Source: Octopus bimaculoides (taxonomy: Eukaryota). Taken from it: a DNA stretch of 64,000 nucleotides. A program made the translations under genes and the position numbers. The DNA is taken from assembly GCF_001194135.2 (NCBI RefSeq), contig NC_068982.1:178076212-178140211 (forward strand). Direction: 5' to 3'. Under the pieces are notes generated by a model. That model saw only the letters and a list, made by a program, of their open reading frames with translations, was not told where the DNA came from and searched no databases. Positions 24,601-38,559 of this stretch are shown one piece after another (within the stretch, counting starts at the first letter, position 1; each line of letters begins with the position of its first letter).

Positions 24601-26989
24601 GATCCAACTAGGCTACAGTATATGTATCTACATCTGTGCCTTTCACTCACTTTGCACCTGCTCATCTCCTTGTTTCCCACTTGCCACTCATACTATAAGC
24701 ATCTTGATTTTACATCCTTCCTACACTCATACTGTTGACTATTATTTCTACAACAATCCATCACTTCCTTACTCTCTCTCTCCCTCACACACACACACAC
24801 ACACACACAAAATAGCTCAAGTTACTGCATACAGTCATATAGCTCCACTAACCTCAAACACTGTCCTGCAATGTACATCAGAAGAGGAACAGCACCTGTT
24901 ATGTTCTAACCAAGTCCATCATACTTGCCTCTACTGTGGTAACCACCAGAATCTATAGGCATACAGAAATACTCTAGACAGCAGAGAGAGACTATGTCTG
25001 GACTGTCATACTGCTCAGTTGAGTTAAAAATTACAAAAATGTCTCTTTATTAATTAATGTCTATAATTATAAAAAAAGAAAAAAAAAAAAAGAGGTTCAT
25101 TATTTTCAAATACACCAGGAAATAAATCTCCTAGCCTAAAAATATCATCAACAAATTAGCAAAAGATTTGAAGTAGATTTTTTAAAACTGGTAACATAAG
25201 TGCAACTGAGCCAATTAAGAACCATGAAAATAGTTACTGATACCAGTGTAAGAAAATGTTATCTTTAAAATAAGGTCATTGTATCTGCTATGACACTGAT
25301 AATTAGTAGGCAGACTGAATTCTCTCCTATTATACTTTTTACTATTCTTATCCTCTAACAGAGTAATGGTCACATTCTTTTAATCATTTTAATAAGCCCA
25401 TTGTATATAGAGGTTTATAATTCAGATGCATCTATTCTTCACACATTTCATTTGTTAGATTGAACAATGGTCAAAATCTAACATAGCTATGAGATTTTTG
25501 TATTGCAAATAGTTACTATGGTGAGCGCATACTGTTATGGTTAAATAGTTGATACTCATGTTTCCAGTGGTTTGAACTAACTTGCAGAATACACTTTAGG
25601 TGATGAACAAAAGTCTTTCATGAGAACCCAAATTTTAATATAAATGAAGCATAACGATGATTCTCACTTCCTTATATTGTCCATTTTCAAACAGTGACTA
25701 ACATTCAGTATTTTCTTTTCAAGAATGTGATTATTTGTTATTTATCAACACATTCTAAAGTTTTTCTGATTTATAAAATCTTTTGTAGCCTATGATATAT
25801 TAGAATAAATGGTTCAAAAGTATCTCTTCTTTTATGCAAAGAAAATGAGAGGGAACTATAAAGAAAAGGATTCTACAATAAGTAAGTAGGCTGCAACTAG
25901 TAGAGATACTCTTCTGAAAGAAATGAAGAGTGAGAGACTGAAAAAAAGACAACTGGCTAAAACAGTACAAAGCTAAAATAATGTAAAGTGTTCTGCTCCA
26001 AGTCACAACATGTCTTCTTTCTCAATGACCAATAAACAGATAATTCAAAATTGGTGCTAGGCACTATTGCTCTGTCTGCTTCTTGTTTACTATTTCTTTG
26101 TTCTTCAAAAGAATTCCAACTTTCCATTTTACCTTTACTTTGAGGTATTCATTCTTCCTCCTTTCTTCCACCAATTCTTAGTTTCTTACCTCTTTATATA
26201 TCCTGCCTCATACACTTCTCACCCTCTCTTTCTTTTAGCATTTGCCTCTCACTTCCCATTATTTACTTGCCCACATTCCAAGCAACAACACTTTCTTCTT
26301 CATTCTCAGACAAAAGCTAAGGACTGATATGTTAAATTCTTCAACTCCTCACAGCAACTGAACTTATCAAATTCAACCAAAATGTTTACTAACAAAACAG
26401 ACCATCACCAGTTTCTTTGAATTTCCAATGCTATCTTACTGTAAAACTTAACCTGTTCTATATATAAGGATAAGCCTAATATGCAGACATTATCAATGTG
26501 ATGGTGGACCTTTGCATGTGAAAGTCATTGAACATCGTAATTGGAATTTTTGGTCTAAAAAAAAAACAAAAAATAATGTTTATGTGTTTATGCTTAGGTG
26601 TTCAGTATAGCAGTGGGACATAAAACATCAACAACATAACAACATGAAAAAACATAGCTGAACACTTTCCACTTTAGCACTGCTTTTGGCCAATTTTGGA
26701 TTTAACAAATCAGTTATCAATAAAAATTTGAATAATGGATATACAAACATTCCTAAAAAGTCACCCAACACAATATTGACTAAACATCTCATGTAACCAG
26801 CTGATGATCCCCACCCATACCTAAGTCCATCAATTTACATATAGCCATTCACAGTTTTAATAATTGTTTCTATATACATACAAAACCAGAAATTTGAGGG
26901 AGATAATTGATAAAAATAAATACCATTAACTGACTGGTACTTCATTTTGTTGATTTTGAAAGGGTGAAAAGCAGTTTGAATTCAGAATA

Positions 26990-27218
26990 TTAAACTTTTA
27001 GCATTCAGATTACTTTGTCAAAGGCATTTATTTATTCACATTGTTTTGAATTAATCATGCATTATCTCAGAGTTTTGAGATTTTGATGATGTGATTGTCT
27101 ATTCTATTATCAGAATGCCAATGTAGAGTAGGTGTGAGAGGTCAAATCTGACCAGTTTGAACATAAAACAGATGTATATTTGGGCTGGTTATGACCAGTT
27201 TAAATGCTAAAGGGTTAA
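26990..27218 (-). mobile_element. TTAA-flanked MITE, copy 3, nested in an old family B SINE
   Basis: TTAAACTTTTAGCATTC...AAATGCTAAAGGGTTAA; SINE sequence resumes on both sides. Confidence 0.8.
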
Positions 27219-27469
27219 AATGTTGAAGTACCAGAAGAAATACCACAAGGTATTTCTTCTGGTACTTCAAGTCTGCCTCTCTAACACCCTTTTGATCCAA
27301 GAAGCTCTAAAAATAAAGTTTAGAAGATGGAAGTGAGACCTAAACAATCTAACATATGAGAAAACAGAGTTGAACACTTTCAACTTTAGCGCTGTTTATG
27401 ATCAACTGGTGGTGGTGGTGAGGTGTCTCACAAGGAGGTACTACACTCACCCATAACCCTAATACTGAC

Positions 27470-27690
27470 AATAATAATTCTGTCTACTATAGGAACACAA
27501 CCTGAAATTTTGAGGGAAGGGGCTAGTCAATTACATCAACACCAGTGTTTGACTGGTGCATATTTTATCAACCCTGAAAGGGTGAAAGGCAAATTCAACC
27601 CCAGCAGCATTTGAACTCAGAATGTAAAGCTGGAAGAAATGTCACTAAACACTTTTTCTAGTATGCTAATGAGTCTGCCAGCATGCTGCC

Positions 27691-27732
<42 letters not shown>

Positions 27733-29135
27733 TCCTTTCTACTGGATGCACAAGGCTTCGAATTTGGGAGAAAGGATTAAGTCAATTACATTGACCCCAG
27801 TAAGCAACTGGTACTTAATTTATCGACCCTGAAAGGATGAAAGGTGAAGAATTTGAAATCAGACTGTAGCAGTAGACGAAATACCTATTTCGTTATTGCC
27901 CACAAGGGGCTAAACATAGAGGGAACAAACAAGAACAGACGAACGGATTAAGTGGATTACATCAACCCCAGTGCGTAACTGGTACTTAATTTATCGACCC
28001 CGAAAGGATGAAAGGCAAAGTCGACCTCGGCGGAATTTGAACTCAGAACGTAACGGCAGACAAAATACCGCTAAGCATTTCGCCCGGCATGCTAACGATT
28101 CTACCAGCTCGCCACTTTATATAATAATAATCTTTTTACTCTAGGTAGAAGACCCGAAATTTTTGGGGGAGGTGGGGGGGGCAGTTGATTAAATCGACCC
28201 CAGTACGCAACTGGAACTTAATTTACTGAACCTGAAAGGATGAAAGGCAAAGTAGACCTCGGCAGAATTTGAACTCAGAATGTAAAGACAGACAAAATAC
28301 TGGTAAGCATTTCGCCCAGTGTGCTAACGATTCTACCAGCTCACTACCTTCAATAATGATAATAATCCATTCTACTATGAGTACAAGGCCTGAAATTTTT
28401 GAGGGACAGAGTTAGCCAATTACATCAACCTCAGTGCTCAATTGGTACTTGCTTTATTGACCTCCAAAAAGGTTGAAAGGCAAAGTCAACCTCAGTGGAA
28501 TTTGAACTCAGAATGTCAGGAGCCAGAAGAAATACCATTCACCATTTTGTCCAGTGTGCTAATGAGTCTGCCAACTCACCTAATAATAATAATTCTTTCA
28601 TCAACCCTCAGCACTTGGTACTTATTTTATCAAACCTGAAAGTATGAAAGCAAAGTTGACCTTGGTGGCATTTGAACTCAGGACATAAAGACAGATGGAA
28701 TGTTGCTAAGCATGTTTTGTCTAGCATAAATTTTGCCAGCTTGCCAATAATAATAATAATGGCTTGAAATTTTGGTACAAAGCCAGTAATTTTGGGGAAG
28801 GGGTTAAGTCGATTAGATTGACCCCAGTGTTCAACAGGTACTTATTTTATCAACCTCAAAGGAATAAAAGGCAAAGCCAATCTTGGTGGAATTTGAATTC
28901 AGAATGTGAAGACAGACAAAATGCCATGAAGCGTTTTGCTCAGTGCCAATGATTCTGACAACTCACCACCTTCATGATAATAATAATAGGCTTAGCACCA
29001 CAAATTTGCAGAGGAGGATCAACTAAATTGAGACCAATACATAATTGGTATTTATTTTAATTAGCGTTAGCTGATGAAAGGTAGCCCTAGTACCATTCCT
29101 AACCTCAGCAGGATTTGAACTCAGAACACAACTAA
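27470..29135 (-). repeat. Head-to-tail stack of ~8 tRNA-derived SINEs (family B, (TAA)n tails)
   Basis: Recurrent CTACT..GCACAAGGCCTGAAATTT...TATCGACCCCGAAAGGATGAAAGGCAAAGTCGACC...GAATTTGAACTCAGAA...TGCCAGCTCGCC, separated by (AAT)n. Confidence 0.92.
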
Positions 29136-31385
29136 ATACTAATCACATAGCATTTAATCCCATATCTATACCACTCCAGTGTTCCACAACACTACAAACT
29201 TATGGAGACATGGAAATATAAAATGCTGCAATATATAGATTGAACAGGATTTGCATTGAGACCAGAGAATGATGAAATTAAATATCTAAACCAGCACTTC
29301 ACTGTTTCCTCCAATAAAGGGGTGTGTGTGTATTTGTGTGTGTGTGAGAGAGAGAGAGAGAGAAAGAGCTTGACCTGTTGACAAGAGGTTAAAAGTTAAA
29401 ATTTCTTTTGCCATTTAAGAGAAAAATGGCCTTGAAATTTAACAAATACCAGTACTCCAAACAGACAGAAAATCAGTTGAGAACTTCGGTGCAAGGATAG
29501 ATTAAAAATTTTGTATCTTTGAGCATGTGTAAAATTTGATAAGCTCCAAAGGGTGAAAATTCAAATTAGAAAACATCTCAAATATGTATTCAGTGAGATG
29601 TTATGAGTTTACGAAATTTAATCTATTACAGAGCATCTTTATAGGTTTTCTACAGGAAAATCTCTGTTTATGTCTCACCAACCAAGTGGAATATTTTAGC
29701 ATCAGAAAATGAAAAGAAATAACCATTATTATTGTAAAGTTCACTAAAAGTTAACCCTCAATATTTACAGGAACCTTTGTTAGAAAATATGTTTCAATAG
29801 CCAATAAAGATTACATTACATTTAACATCAGTGCAAATTTTTGTGCAATTAATATTCATTTTTTTAATCAAAAGCTTGTATCATCAATTATTTCTACTCT
29901 ACTAATAAATAAAAGAATGTAGGAATGGAGGACAGAAAATGAATCTTCTTGTTTGAAAGGTGCATCTAAGTTAATAAATATATGGAAATTGGTAAAACCT
30001 AGTGTAAATTATGCGATCCACAATTGAAAGAGATATAATAAATGTTTTTTTGACATTACTAAGATTTCATTGACTCACGATTACAGCCTGAATTTGTGGA
30101 AAGGAAATAAACTAAACTTTCAAAATCAATGCATTTCTACCCAAACAACGTCTGCCAGATATTCCAGAAAACTACCAATTCCCTAACAACACATGTAAAA
30201 ATATTTAAAATCTGACAACTTTAGTATCACAAACAGAAAACTAGGAATGAGGAAGACTGACTCCTATTTTTCTTGAGTATCTATTGTTATATATCGTAAA
30301 GGTATCCGATACTGTTGAAGTCGACAACAAGTGGAATATATAAAAATGATGTTTAAGGCTGTAAAAGACATAGAAATATTATTCCAATTATTTCGAAATG
30401 TAAAAAATTCCAGTTACCGGTGTACTTAAAAGTTGCGTTATAAAATATGTAAAAGTATGTCAAGACTGGAATAATTAAACTGTTGAAGAATCTATCCAGG
30501 GGTTTACTTTAGCATAGTTATGACGAATGGCTGGTATGAAAGATGGGTTTTTTTTTTTTGTTCCTGTAGGGATGGAGAATGACAGTAACAGACATCATGA
30601 CAAGAACATCGTACACAGAAATATTGTTCTTCATAAGATTATACAAATCAATAAGTTCTATAACAAAATAATGCGGATATAATGTAATATTATATAAGGG
30701 AAAATAGCAAAACTATGTTGGATAATTGGACAAATTCCACGTGGATGATGGAACAGGATGGAAATCTCCATGGATCTGAAAGTAAAGAATGTATTGCCTT
30801 TATATTCTGAGTGTTCTATGTCAAAATTTATTATGTAGTTGTATTTCCTGTGGAGCCAACAGGTCTGAGTTTTTCCATCATAATACATTCGCCATTTAGT
30901 TAATTAAAGATAACAATTCTTTCTCGAAACTATTACAATACGAAATAAGAAACCGATAAATGGTATAATGGTGGAATGTAGATAAGTGGAATAAATATTA
31001 TGGGGTTTAAATATAACATTAAGCTGTTAATAAGAGCGGAGTGGGATAATTTAGGACATCTGCCTGGTTTTGAATATCTTACTAGAGAATAAGATAATTC
31101 GAAATATACCTAAACACGGAGGAAGGAACACCTACAGAGAGAAAAATCATGAATACACTGAACAAGATATCGTCTTTCCACAGCATTTTCGCGTACTGAA
31201 TAAGTGTCTGAAATATTTTACATGTAGCAACAAGGAAACAGAAACAGAATACATTTGGTTGCTATAGGAAATATATCGTCATATTAGTGTATCAGAAATA
31301 ATTTACGTGCATCTATAAAACAATAAGAAATTTTAAATTAATTTCCAATTATAATTTATCGTAAGACTTTATACATCCTACTGTT

Positions 31386-31417
<32 letters not shown>

Positions 31418-31935
31418 AGTTCTACATGAAATTATTTTGTCTTAAATATCATTCTTCTATTTTCTCGAAGACACCACAATATCCAATTTCCGTATATTTA
31501 CTCAGACACCAAGTCTCCAGCAACACAACCATGATAATAAGAATATAATTTAATAAGAATATAATTTCTTTCTATTTTATTGTAATTTATGACTGCAAAA
31601 ATGCTTCAATATTTCGCGTAGACACACGAAGGTAATCAATGTTTATTTTTAAGACGGGGCACCTTGTTTATTGATGAGCATGGTAATGTTGTTCTATGAC
31701 ACACGCAACCTGTTTATGATTTGTAAATTTCACAAATATCGATATTATATTATATCATATTATATTACATTGTATTATATTTACGCGTGTTCTGTTTAAA
31801 AGCAAATATAAAGATATGAACAATACAACGGGTGTTTGTAATATAGAGAGGTAGGTTTAATGGATTTCTAAGTCGAGGACAAACAAATAGATACATAACA
31901 GTCATAAAAATAAAAATCACCGATTATTGTCCTAC

Positions 31936-32022
31936 CTGGAGATAATCTCCTCGTTTGAAACTCAGTTCATCCGGGGACGACGCGTGGAAATCATGTTTTC
32001 CTATTGCTTCGATAACATCCAT
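31936..32022 (-). CDS. GRB2: First coding exon of a GRB2/drk-like SH3 adaptor
   Basis: ATG at 32022 gives [29 protein letters not shown], then CAG|GTAGG phase-0 donor at 31935. It aligns with the GRB2 N-SH3 start ([26 protein letters not shown]) and ends at the equivalent intron position. A GRAP-like paralogue is not excluded. Confidence 0.8.
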
Positions 32023-32900
32023 ATTGCTGTCCGAAGTAGAAAACGGCTGAAATCCGATTGTTGGAAACGAGTAAAAAAAAAAAGCCTGGTAGCAAGAAGA
32101 AGAAGAAGACTAACTAATTAACAATGGAATTAAACTCTCATCAGTATAACAAGTTATATTTAAGGCAGACGGACGAGGTGATGCGACGAGAGGTTGTCTT
32201 CACACTTTGTTTATTGTGCCCACTCCTTTCCGTTAAGGATGTTAAGAGAGATTTTTAATATAATAATTGGCGAGGCGGCAGGAAGGAGCGTGTTATAGCC
32301 GAATGTAAGGGAGACAAAAACGAGAGTACAAGGAGAGGAGTTCAGTGGTAAACCTTCAGAGGCACGACAGCAATGTAAAATTAATAATATTAAGAAAAAT
32401 GTAATAAATTGTTCTTATTTTGGTTGTGTAGCGTTACAGATTGATAGAGGAAGAAACAAGAAGAGTTAAAGACTTGGTATTAATACGACTGACATCAGTA
32501 GAAGGAAGTGACCTAGTCATTCTCATAGTTTCACTCACACTCCTTCCTCAACCTACAGTTGTCTTTCAGTTTATTTATTTATTATTTCGTGTAAATAGTG
32601 TTAACTATCGGCAGAAACGGAAAGGGGAATGTGGACTGACTTTACAGTGCCACTAGAGCTACTTGCTATTATTTAGTCTGTTTAATGTGACTGCAAATCA
32701 GCGGTAATACTGTCGAAAAGACGAGAAAGAAATTAGTCAGTTGTTAGAGCTGCTTCAAACTTGAAGCTGCAACGTGTAGAGGGGAGAGGTTTCGTGACCT
32801 TAACTGACTTCTGCTTGCATGTAAAATTATTGTTTGTCAGTGTCATGATACCGAAAGAAAACCCGGAAGTTTAGAGTAACATGACACTTAGAAAATCTTC
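32023..32900 (-). promoter_or_regulatory. Candidate 5' UTR/promoter of the GRB2-like gene
   Basis: Repeat-free and visibly CpG-richer than the introns; ETS-like CCGGAAGT at 32863-32870. TSS not determinable. Confidence 0.45.
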
Positions 32901-34849
32901 ACAATGATGTGTGAGTGCTGTAAAATCTTAGTCAAACAACTGTGTTGCTAGCTTTCGTTAAGGTCTCTGAACGTCAATGTTTCTTAATAATGGGGAAATA
33001 TTACTAGGGAGAAAGGCTAAGACTAATACTGAAGTTTGTTACTCAACATTGATGTTGAGAATCGAACAAATTCTTTCTGAATAATTTCATGACTTCTGAA
33101 GTTTTCTTTACTCTAATAAATATATTTTTTTAATCTGGTTACCGCAAAAAATAGAAAGTCAGAATTTTAGATAGGAAAATGTCACAATTCATTTAAATGC
33201 CATAAATAATAGAGGAATGAAACAAAATATACATTCTAAGTCATTTGTTTTACTGCCAACACATCCACAGTACACAACAATTTACTCGTTTGAGAAACAA
33301 CAAAAACCTATCAAATCAAGCAAATATTTAACTTTTTGGGGGTTCTTTCATTTACTCCTAAAAGTTTATGGAATTATCAAAATACGTTACAAAATTTTTT
33401 TTAGCTAGATTTACTTCACCAACTGAAATAATTTTAAAAATATAATTTTGATTTTGTGTCAGTTAAAACTTATTTGAAATAATCTAACTTTTCTTGCAAG
33501 TGGCTTAATTTTTTTCTTTTTCTTTTTTTTCTTTTTTTGGTCCAGGTGGTGGATTAGCAGAATTAGTAGAACATCAGATAAAATGTTTTGTGGTTTTTGT
33601 TCTGGTTCTTTAAATTCTGAATTCAGCTTAGTTCTTCGTCCCTCAGGGTTGATAAGTCAAACACTGGAGTTGATGTTATAAACTTAGCTGCTGCCAAAGA
33701 GGCTGGGTCTGTACCCATGGTTATCAGAGATCTCCTAGGACCTGTGTGATTGATGCTGTTAATATTCTGCTTGAACTGTTGCATATCAACTACAGAAAAG
33801 GAATTCTAGAGGGTTGACATTCTGAGAAGGTAAAAGTGGGCATTGTGATTAGTGCAGGGTCTGGATGGGGGAATAAAAATATAGGTATTGAAAGATGGAT
33901 TGACTAGTGAGTTGGGATTGGCTGAACAGACCAAAGATAGAGGGCAGCATGTATGTGGCAGGAAGCAGTTTGAGAAGTCTGTGTGTATACAGCACCCCCC
34001 CCCCCCAAATATATGTAAGAGCGAGTATACTCCATAATGTGTCCAATTTTTTTCTTTTCTTTCTTTTTCATTTTGTAGATGGTTAGTAGTTGAATAGGGA
34101 TGAAGTGTTTTATCTCTCCAAAAAGGAAGGCCAGTATTCCTTTTGCATTTTTTTACCTTGTTGAAGATGTGTGTTCACTGGGAGAAATCTTCAATGACAG
34201 TGAATCCTTGTATTTGAAAAGATCATGAAGGTTCTAGTTGTATGTTATTTACATTTGTGAGATACAATATATATAGATATATATATATATTTTTTTTTTG
34301 ACATATGCAATGATTCTTTTTACTGTTAAAGGAGATCAGAATGACATGGGCTCATTGGACTCAGTGACTCAACATTTTCATTGTTTCCAATGCTTTAATA
34401 TAGGTGTAAATGAATTGATCAATAATAGTTCCAATTATTAACTTTTGTAAAAAAAATACCAAGAATTATCAAAACGAAAGTAAAACCCAAAAACTTGTTT
34501 GATTTTATCCAATCCTTTTAGAAGATATAGGATCAATTATGAGCCTTAACTTTCTTAGATCTAAAATTTTTAACCAGTTAATACAACTATCAAATATTCC
34601 TAAAAATAAATTCCTACTATGTTTGGGTTCGTTTAAATTGTAATTAAAAGGAGATCATGTGAAACAAATTAGAAATATAGATGAAGTCAATGATGCCAGG
34701 AAAAACAGTAAAATTTATCCAAAACTAACATGTTTGTTCACACACAGTTTTAATCCTATTCATGTTGATTTCAATTGTTTCTATTAGCTTTGAGATTTTG
34801 GAAGTGAGACTTAAAGATCTATAGTTAGTAAAGTCAGAAAGTTTTCTTT

Positions 34850-35320
34850 AGTGGGGATGAGACACCCAGTAACATTTGGATCTCAAATCCCACAGAAGCT
34901 CTTTAACAGAGTTCCTTGTTCTGTAATCTCATGGTCACTAAGGAAGCTTGGAATAGGTAATAACTTGTGAGAGATGTACAAGCCATATATGAAAGAGTGA
35001 TCTGCAAGGTGACAGAAATGAATATAGCAATACATTTAATATAAAGGCAGGGGTCTACCAAGACTCACTTCTCAGCTACCTTCTATTTATCATACCCCTC
35101 CTGACTATAACAGAAAAGATTAAGATTGGTTGACAACAGGATCTCTTACTAACAAGTGACCTATTTGCAGTAGAATTACAGAAATTCCAGATGTGGAAGC
35201 AAGGCTTAAAATCAAGAGACCTCAAGGAGAACTTAGCAAAGACTAAAGTTTTAGTAAGTAGGAAAGAAAACAGAACCCCAGTGTCATCAAAGAGATGACC
35301 ATGCCGAAAGGGGGTAAGTA
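34850..35320 (+). mobile_element. Decayed RTE LINE RT fragment
   Basis: TTCCAGATGTGGAAGCAAGGCTTAAAATCAAG...TTAGCAAAGACTAAAGTTTTAGTAAGTAGGAAAG, homologous to 7440-7520. Confidence 0.75.
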
Positions 35321-37404
35321 GATGAGATATATACTGTAGTATGTTTCCAAAAGATTAGAATAGAGTTCTGTTGAGAAATACAGAGAAATTAAAGAATTCA
35401 GAGAAGGTAGGGGTTAGTTCTGCAACCCACTGTTTGAGGATGATGGAATGAACACATCTAGAAAAGTTACTTTGTTAGGTAAAAGTATTCAAAGGGCACT
35501 GTCCATATAAGGAAGAGAGTTTGGAATAACTGTTGTGTGCCCTGTGGGATTCAAGATAAAGTGGTTAACCTATTTAGAAGCTTTTGTAGTGGGAGTACTG
35601 CTAAGAAAACCATCTTGGGTGGTAGCTAGTAGGTAGGAAGATTGTACAAAGTTGGTGAGGAGCCTTTTGACAAGGGACTAAAAAGTTTAGTCATCTCTAT
35701 AAATAAACTTGCTTCTATCTGTAAATATACTCAATCACCATGTAAGCTCAACTGATAACTGTAAACACCTGGAACAGTCTAATTGATAACAATTTTGTTA
35801 GCTCTAGCTGTAGACCACAACAAAATGTTTAATACAGCTAAGTTACAGTAGTAAGTTAAACATCTCCCAGGAGTGTAGTTAGAGGTTTCTGCTTGACTAA
35901 TTTTCTAGAAGATACATTCTATGAAGATAAATGTGATGTAGTTCATCATACTTTTTCCTTAACTATGAATTGTTGTGCCCTTTACAGTGAATGTTTCTAT
36001 TAGCCACCCTGTTACCAGGTATTTCTGAGAAACTGTTTTTGCTTCTTATGTTTCCCTCAATTCTCACTCATCACTGCCTTAGAAGAGTAAGTGCAGCACC
36101 CTAGACATTTTTTTTTTTTACCTTGGCTACCCTCTGAGACTACTGGGAGAACATTATCATCAAACCGCAAGAAGCCAGCACCATTTTGAACAAGATCTCA
36201 CCAGTAGCCATTGCCATGTGCAAGACAAGAATGAGATCTCACCTGCAACTATTTGCCATGCGCGAGACGACAACATGATTCTCACTGGCAACCAGTATTT
36301 AAGCAAGAAACGATGACATTCACTCTCTCATTCCTTCTCATGCTTATGCTGAGAAATACTGTGTAGTCAGCAGCTCACAGCAGACTCTTGTCTCGCTCTG
36401 ACTCCACATGTTTATCTCAAGAGGTAATGAACCTCATGTGTACAGAGTTAAGACAAACCATGCACTGATATACAAATGATCACAGAGTGAACCACATGAA
36501 TGAGAAATCTGTAAATAAACAGCTATTGAATTGTACTCAGCTTGTGAACTCCTTCGTGTTCCAGATCTTTGAAACAACAAAAATAATTATAATGGGAGAA
36601 GGAGATACTCCACAGGTATCATAAACCTTCCATTCCATTATAGGCTTGGCCTGGATACTTGCAACAGAATGGACTTCTCTAAAGGGACCCAAGGACCAAG
36701 CAGGTGTATAAAACAAGGTGCCTGATTGTCTCATCTATGAAAAAAAAACTGTTTGATGGGCTTCCATACAGTTTATATATCTCTTGCTGAGTAACATCAT
36801 TACTGATTACTGCAGTAATTTACACTTTTAAAATTAGGAACTATTAATTGTATTTATGTCATTAGAAAATAATTCATTAGTCACTCAGTATTAGTGGGAT
36901 CGGCTATTCTACTAGCAATGAGTATAATAGATGTCATTGTCTTTTATTTCAAATTGATGCTTATAATATTTATATCATTTGCATTTAAATCCTAGTAGTT
37001 AATTCATAACTATGATTATGTTTCCAGACAGTGAATTCTCACTGACAAAGGGTGCAATTTTATAGGATGCCATTAGTTTATAGTTTAAAATTAATGATTG
37101 ATGGGAAAGGTTAGTAAGGCTAATATGGATATTGAAGAAACCAGAAAGAGATGGTTGCTCATATAGTTTCACTTAAAAATTAATTTAGTGGATACCTAAC
37201 ATGCAAATTTAATCATTCATATTATCCGAAGATAAAATAAAACAAAGTGATATTTATTTATCCATAACTAGCGGATAACAATGAGTGTTGTATGAAGAAG
37301 GTAACTTCATGTTAGTTAAGACCACAAGATGGTTTTGGTTCCAGGTCATAACTATTTCACTTACATCACTAATTATCATCATCCTTGTCATCATTTTCCA
37401 TACT

Positions 37405-37695
37405 AGCGAAAACACCTAAAGCTCCACGAGGCTCTGGCAGGAGATGGTGGCGAACCCTGTTGTACTCTTTCACCACAACTTTCTCTAACTCTTACTTCCT
37501 GTTTCTGTTGTGCCTGTAATTCAAAGGGTCAGCCTTGTCACACTGTGTCACGCTGAATATCCCCAAGAACTACATTAAGGGTGCACGTGTCTGTGGGGTG
37601 CTCAGCCACTTGCACGTTAATTTCACGAGCAGGCTGTTCCGTTGATCTGATCAACTAGAAGCCTCAACGTCGTAAGCGACGGAGTGCCAAAAACA
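37405..37695 (+). mobile_element. tRNA-derived SINE family C, 5'-truncated
   Basis: Collinear with 48928-49277 and the reverse complement of 53743-54127. Confidence 0.9.
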
Positions 37696-38559
37696 TGTAT
37701 TAGGAAGGCTGGATGCCTTCCTAATACTAACCACATTAAAGAATGGCTAGGGTACATTTTTTTTTGCGTGGCACCAACACTAAGGAGCTTGTAATATCTT
37801 TGACAAGACAAAGGAGCCCTCTCAATCCCACACTTAACAGAATGCACTGAGTGCATTTTATAACAGCACCCGCACTAGAGAAGATAGAAGTGAGAGCATA
37901 ATGTATATAACAAGAGGTGGATAAATGTTGAATTGAATGATGGCTGCCAATACCAAATGGTCCGTAGCAAATAGAATAGGTAAAATGTATGGGGTATATG
38001 CATACATAATGAGGTCTTTTAAGCACATATCTCAAGATGAGAAAGGGAGGAGGATAGAGTGTCAAATATGTGCAGTGGCATCTCTAGTTTACAATGGAAG
38101 TAATGAACAGAAAACAGACAAGATTCACAGTCATCTTTAGTCACACCAGCATCATAATACAGAGAGATTGAAAAGAGGAGGAAGTGATTGAGGGATGAGT
38201 ATTAAAAACATGGACTACATGAGTGACAGACAGGCGAGTGATAAAGGGATGGGAGATGAGGGATACCCTAAAGAGGACTGAGTGGTAGTATTAAAGGTAT
38301 GAGAAGCTATCAATGATGTAGATTCGACTGTAATATATAAATATTGGATTGGACTGCCTATGTTCAGTCCACTACAGGGTGAGAGCCTCAGCATATTCTC
38401 TCCACTGACCATGGTCTGATGTGGAGGCTGTGAATTTGAGCCTTGAGATCATACTTGTTTGATGAGCCTACTCTGTAACACTGATACAGCTTTTTATACT
38501 CTTACCCAGGGAAAGTGAAGCTGATTATATCAACCCCAGTGCTCAATTGGTACTTGTAT

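Noticed and set aside
27470-29135. CRISPR-like or satellite array
   Set aside because: Units are ~200-nt diverged SINEs with microsatellite tails in a eukaryotic intron; no repeat-spacer structure and no cas genes.
37860-38450. Possible CR1/L2 RT remnant (PILFATD resembling LFADD)
   Set aside because: Too degenerate to support without an alignment.
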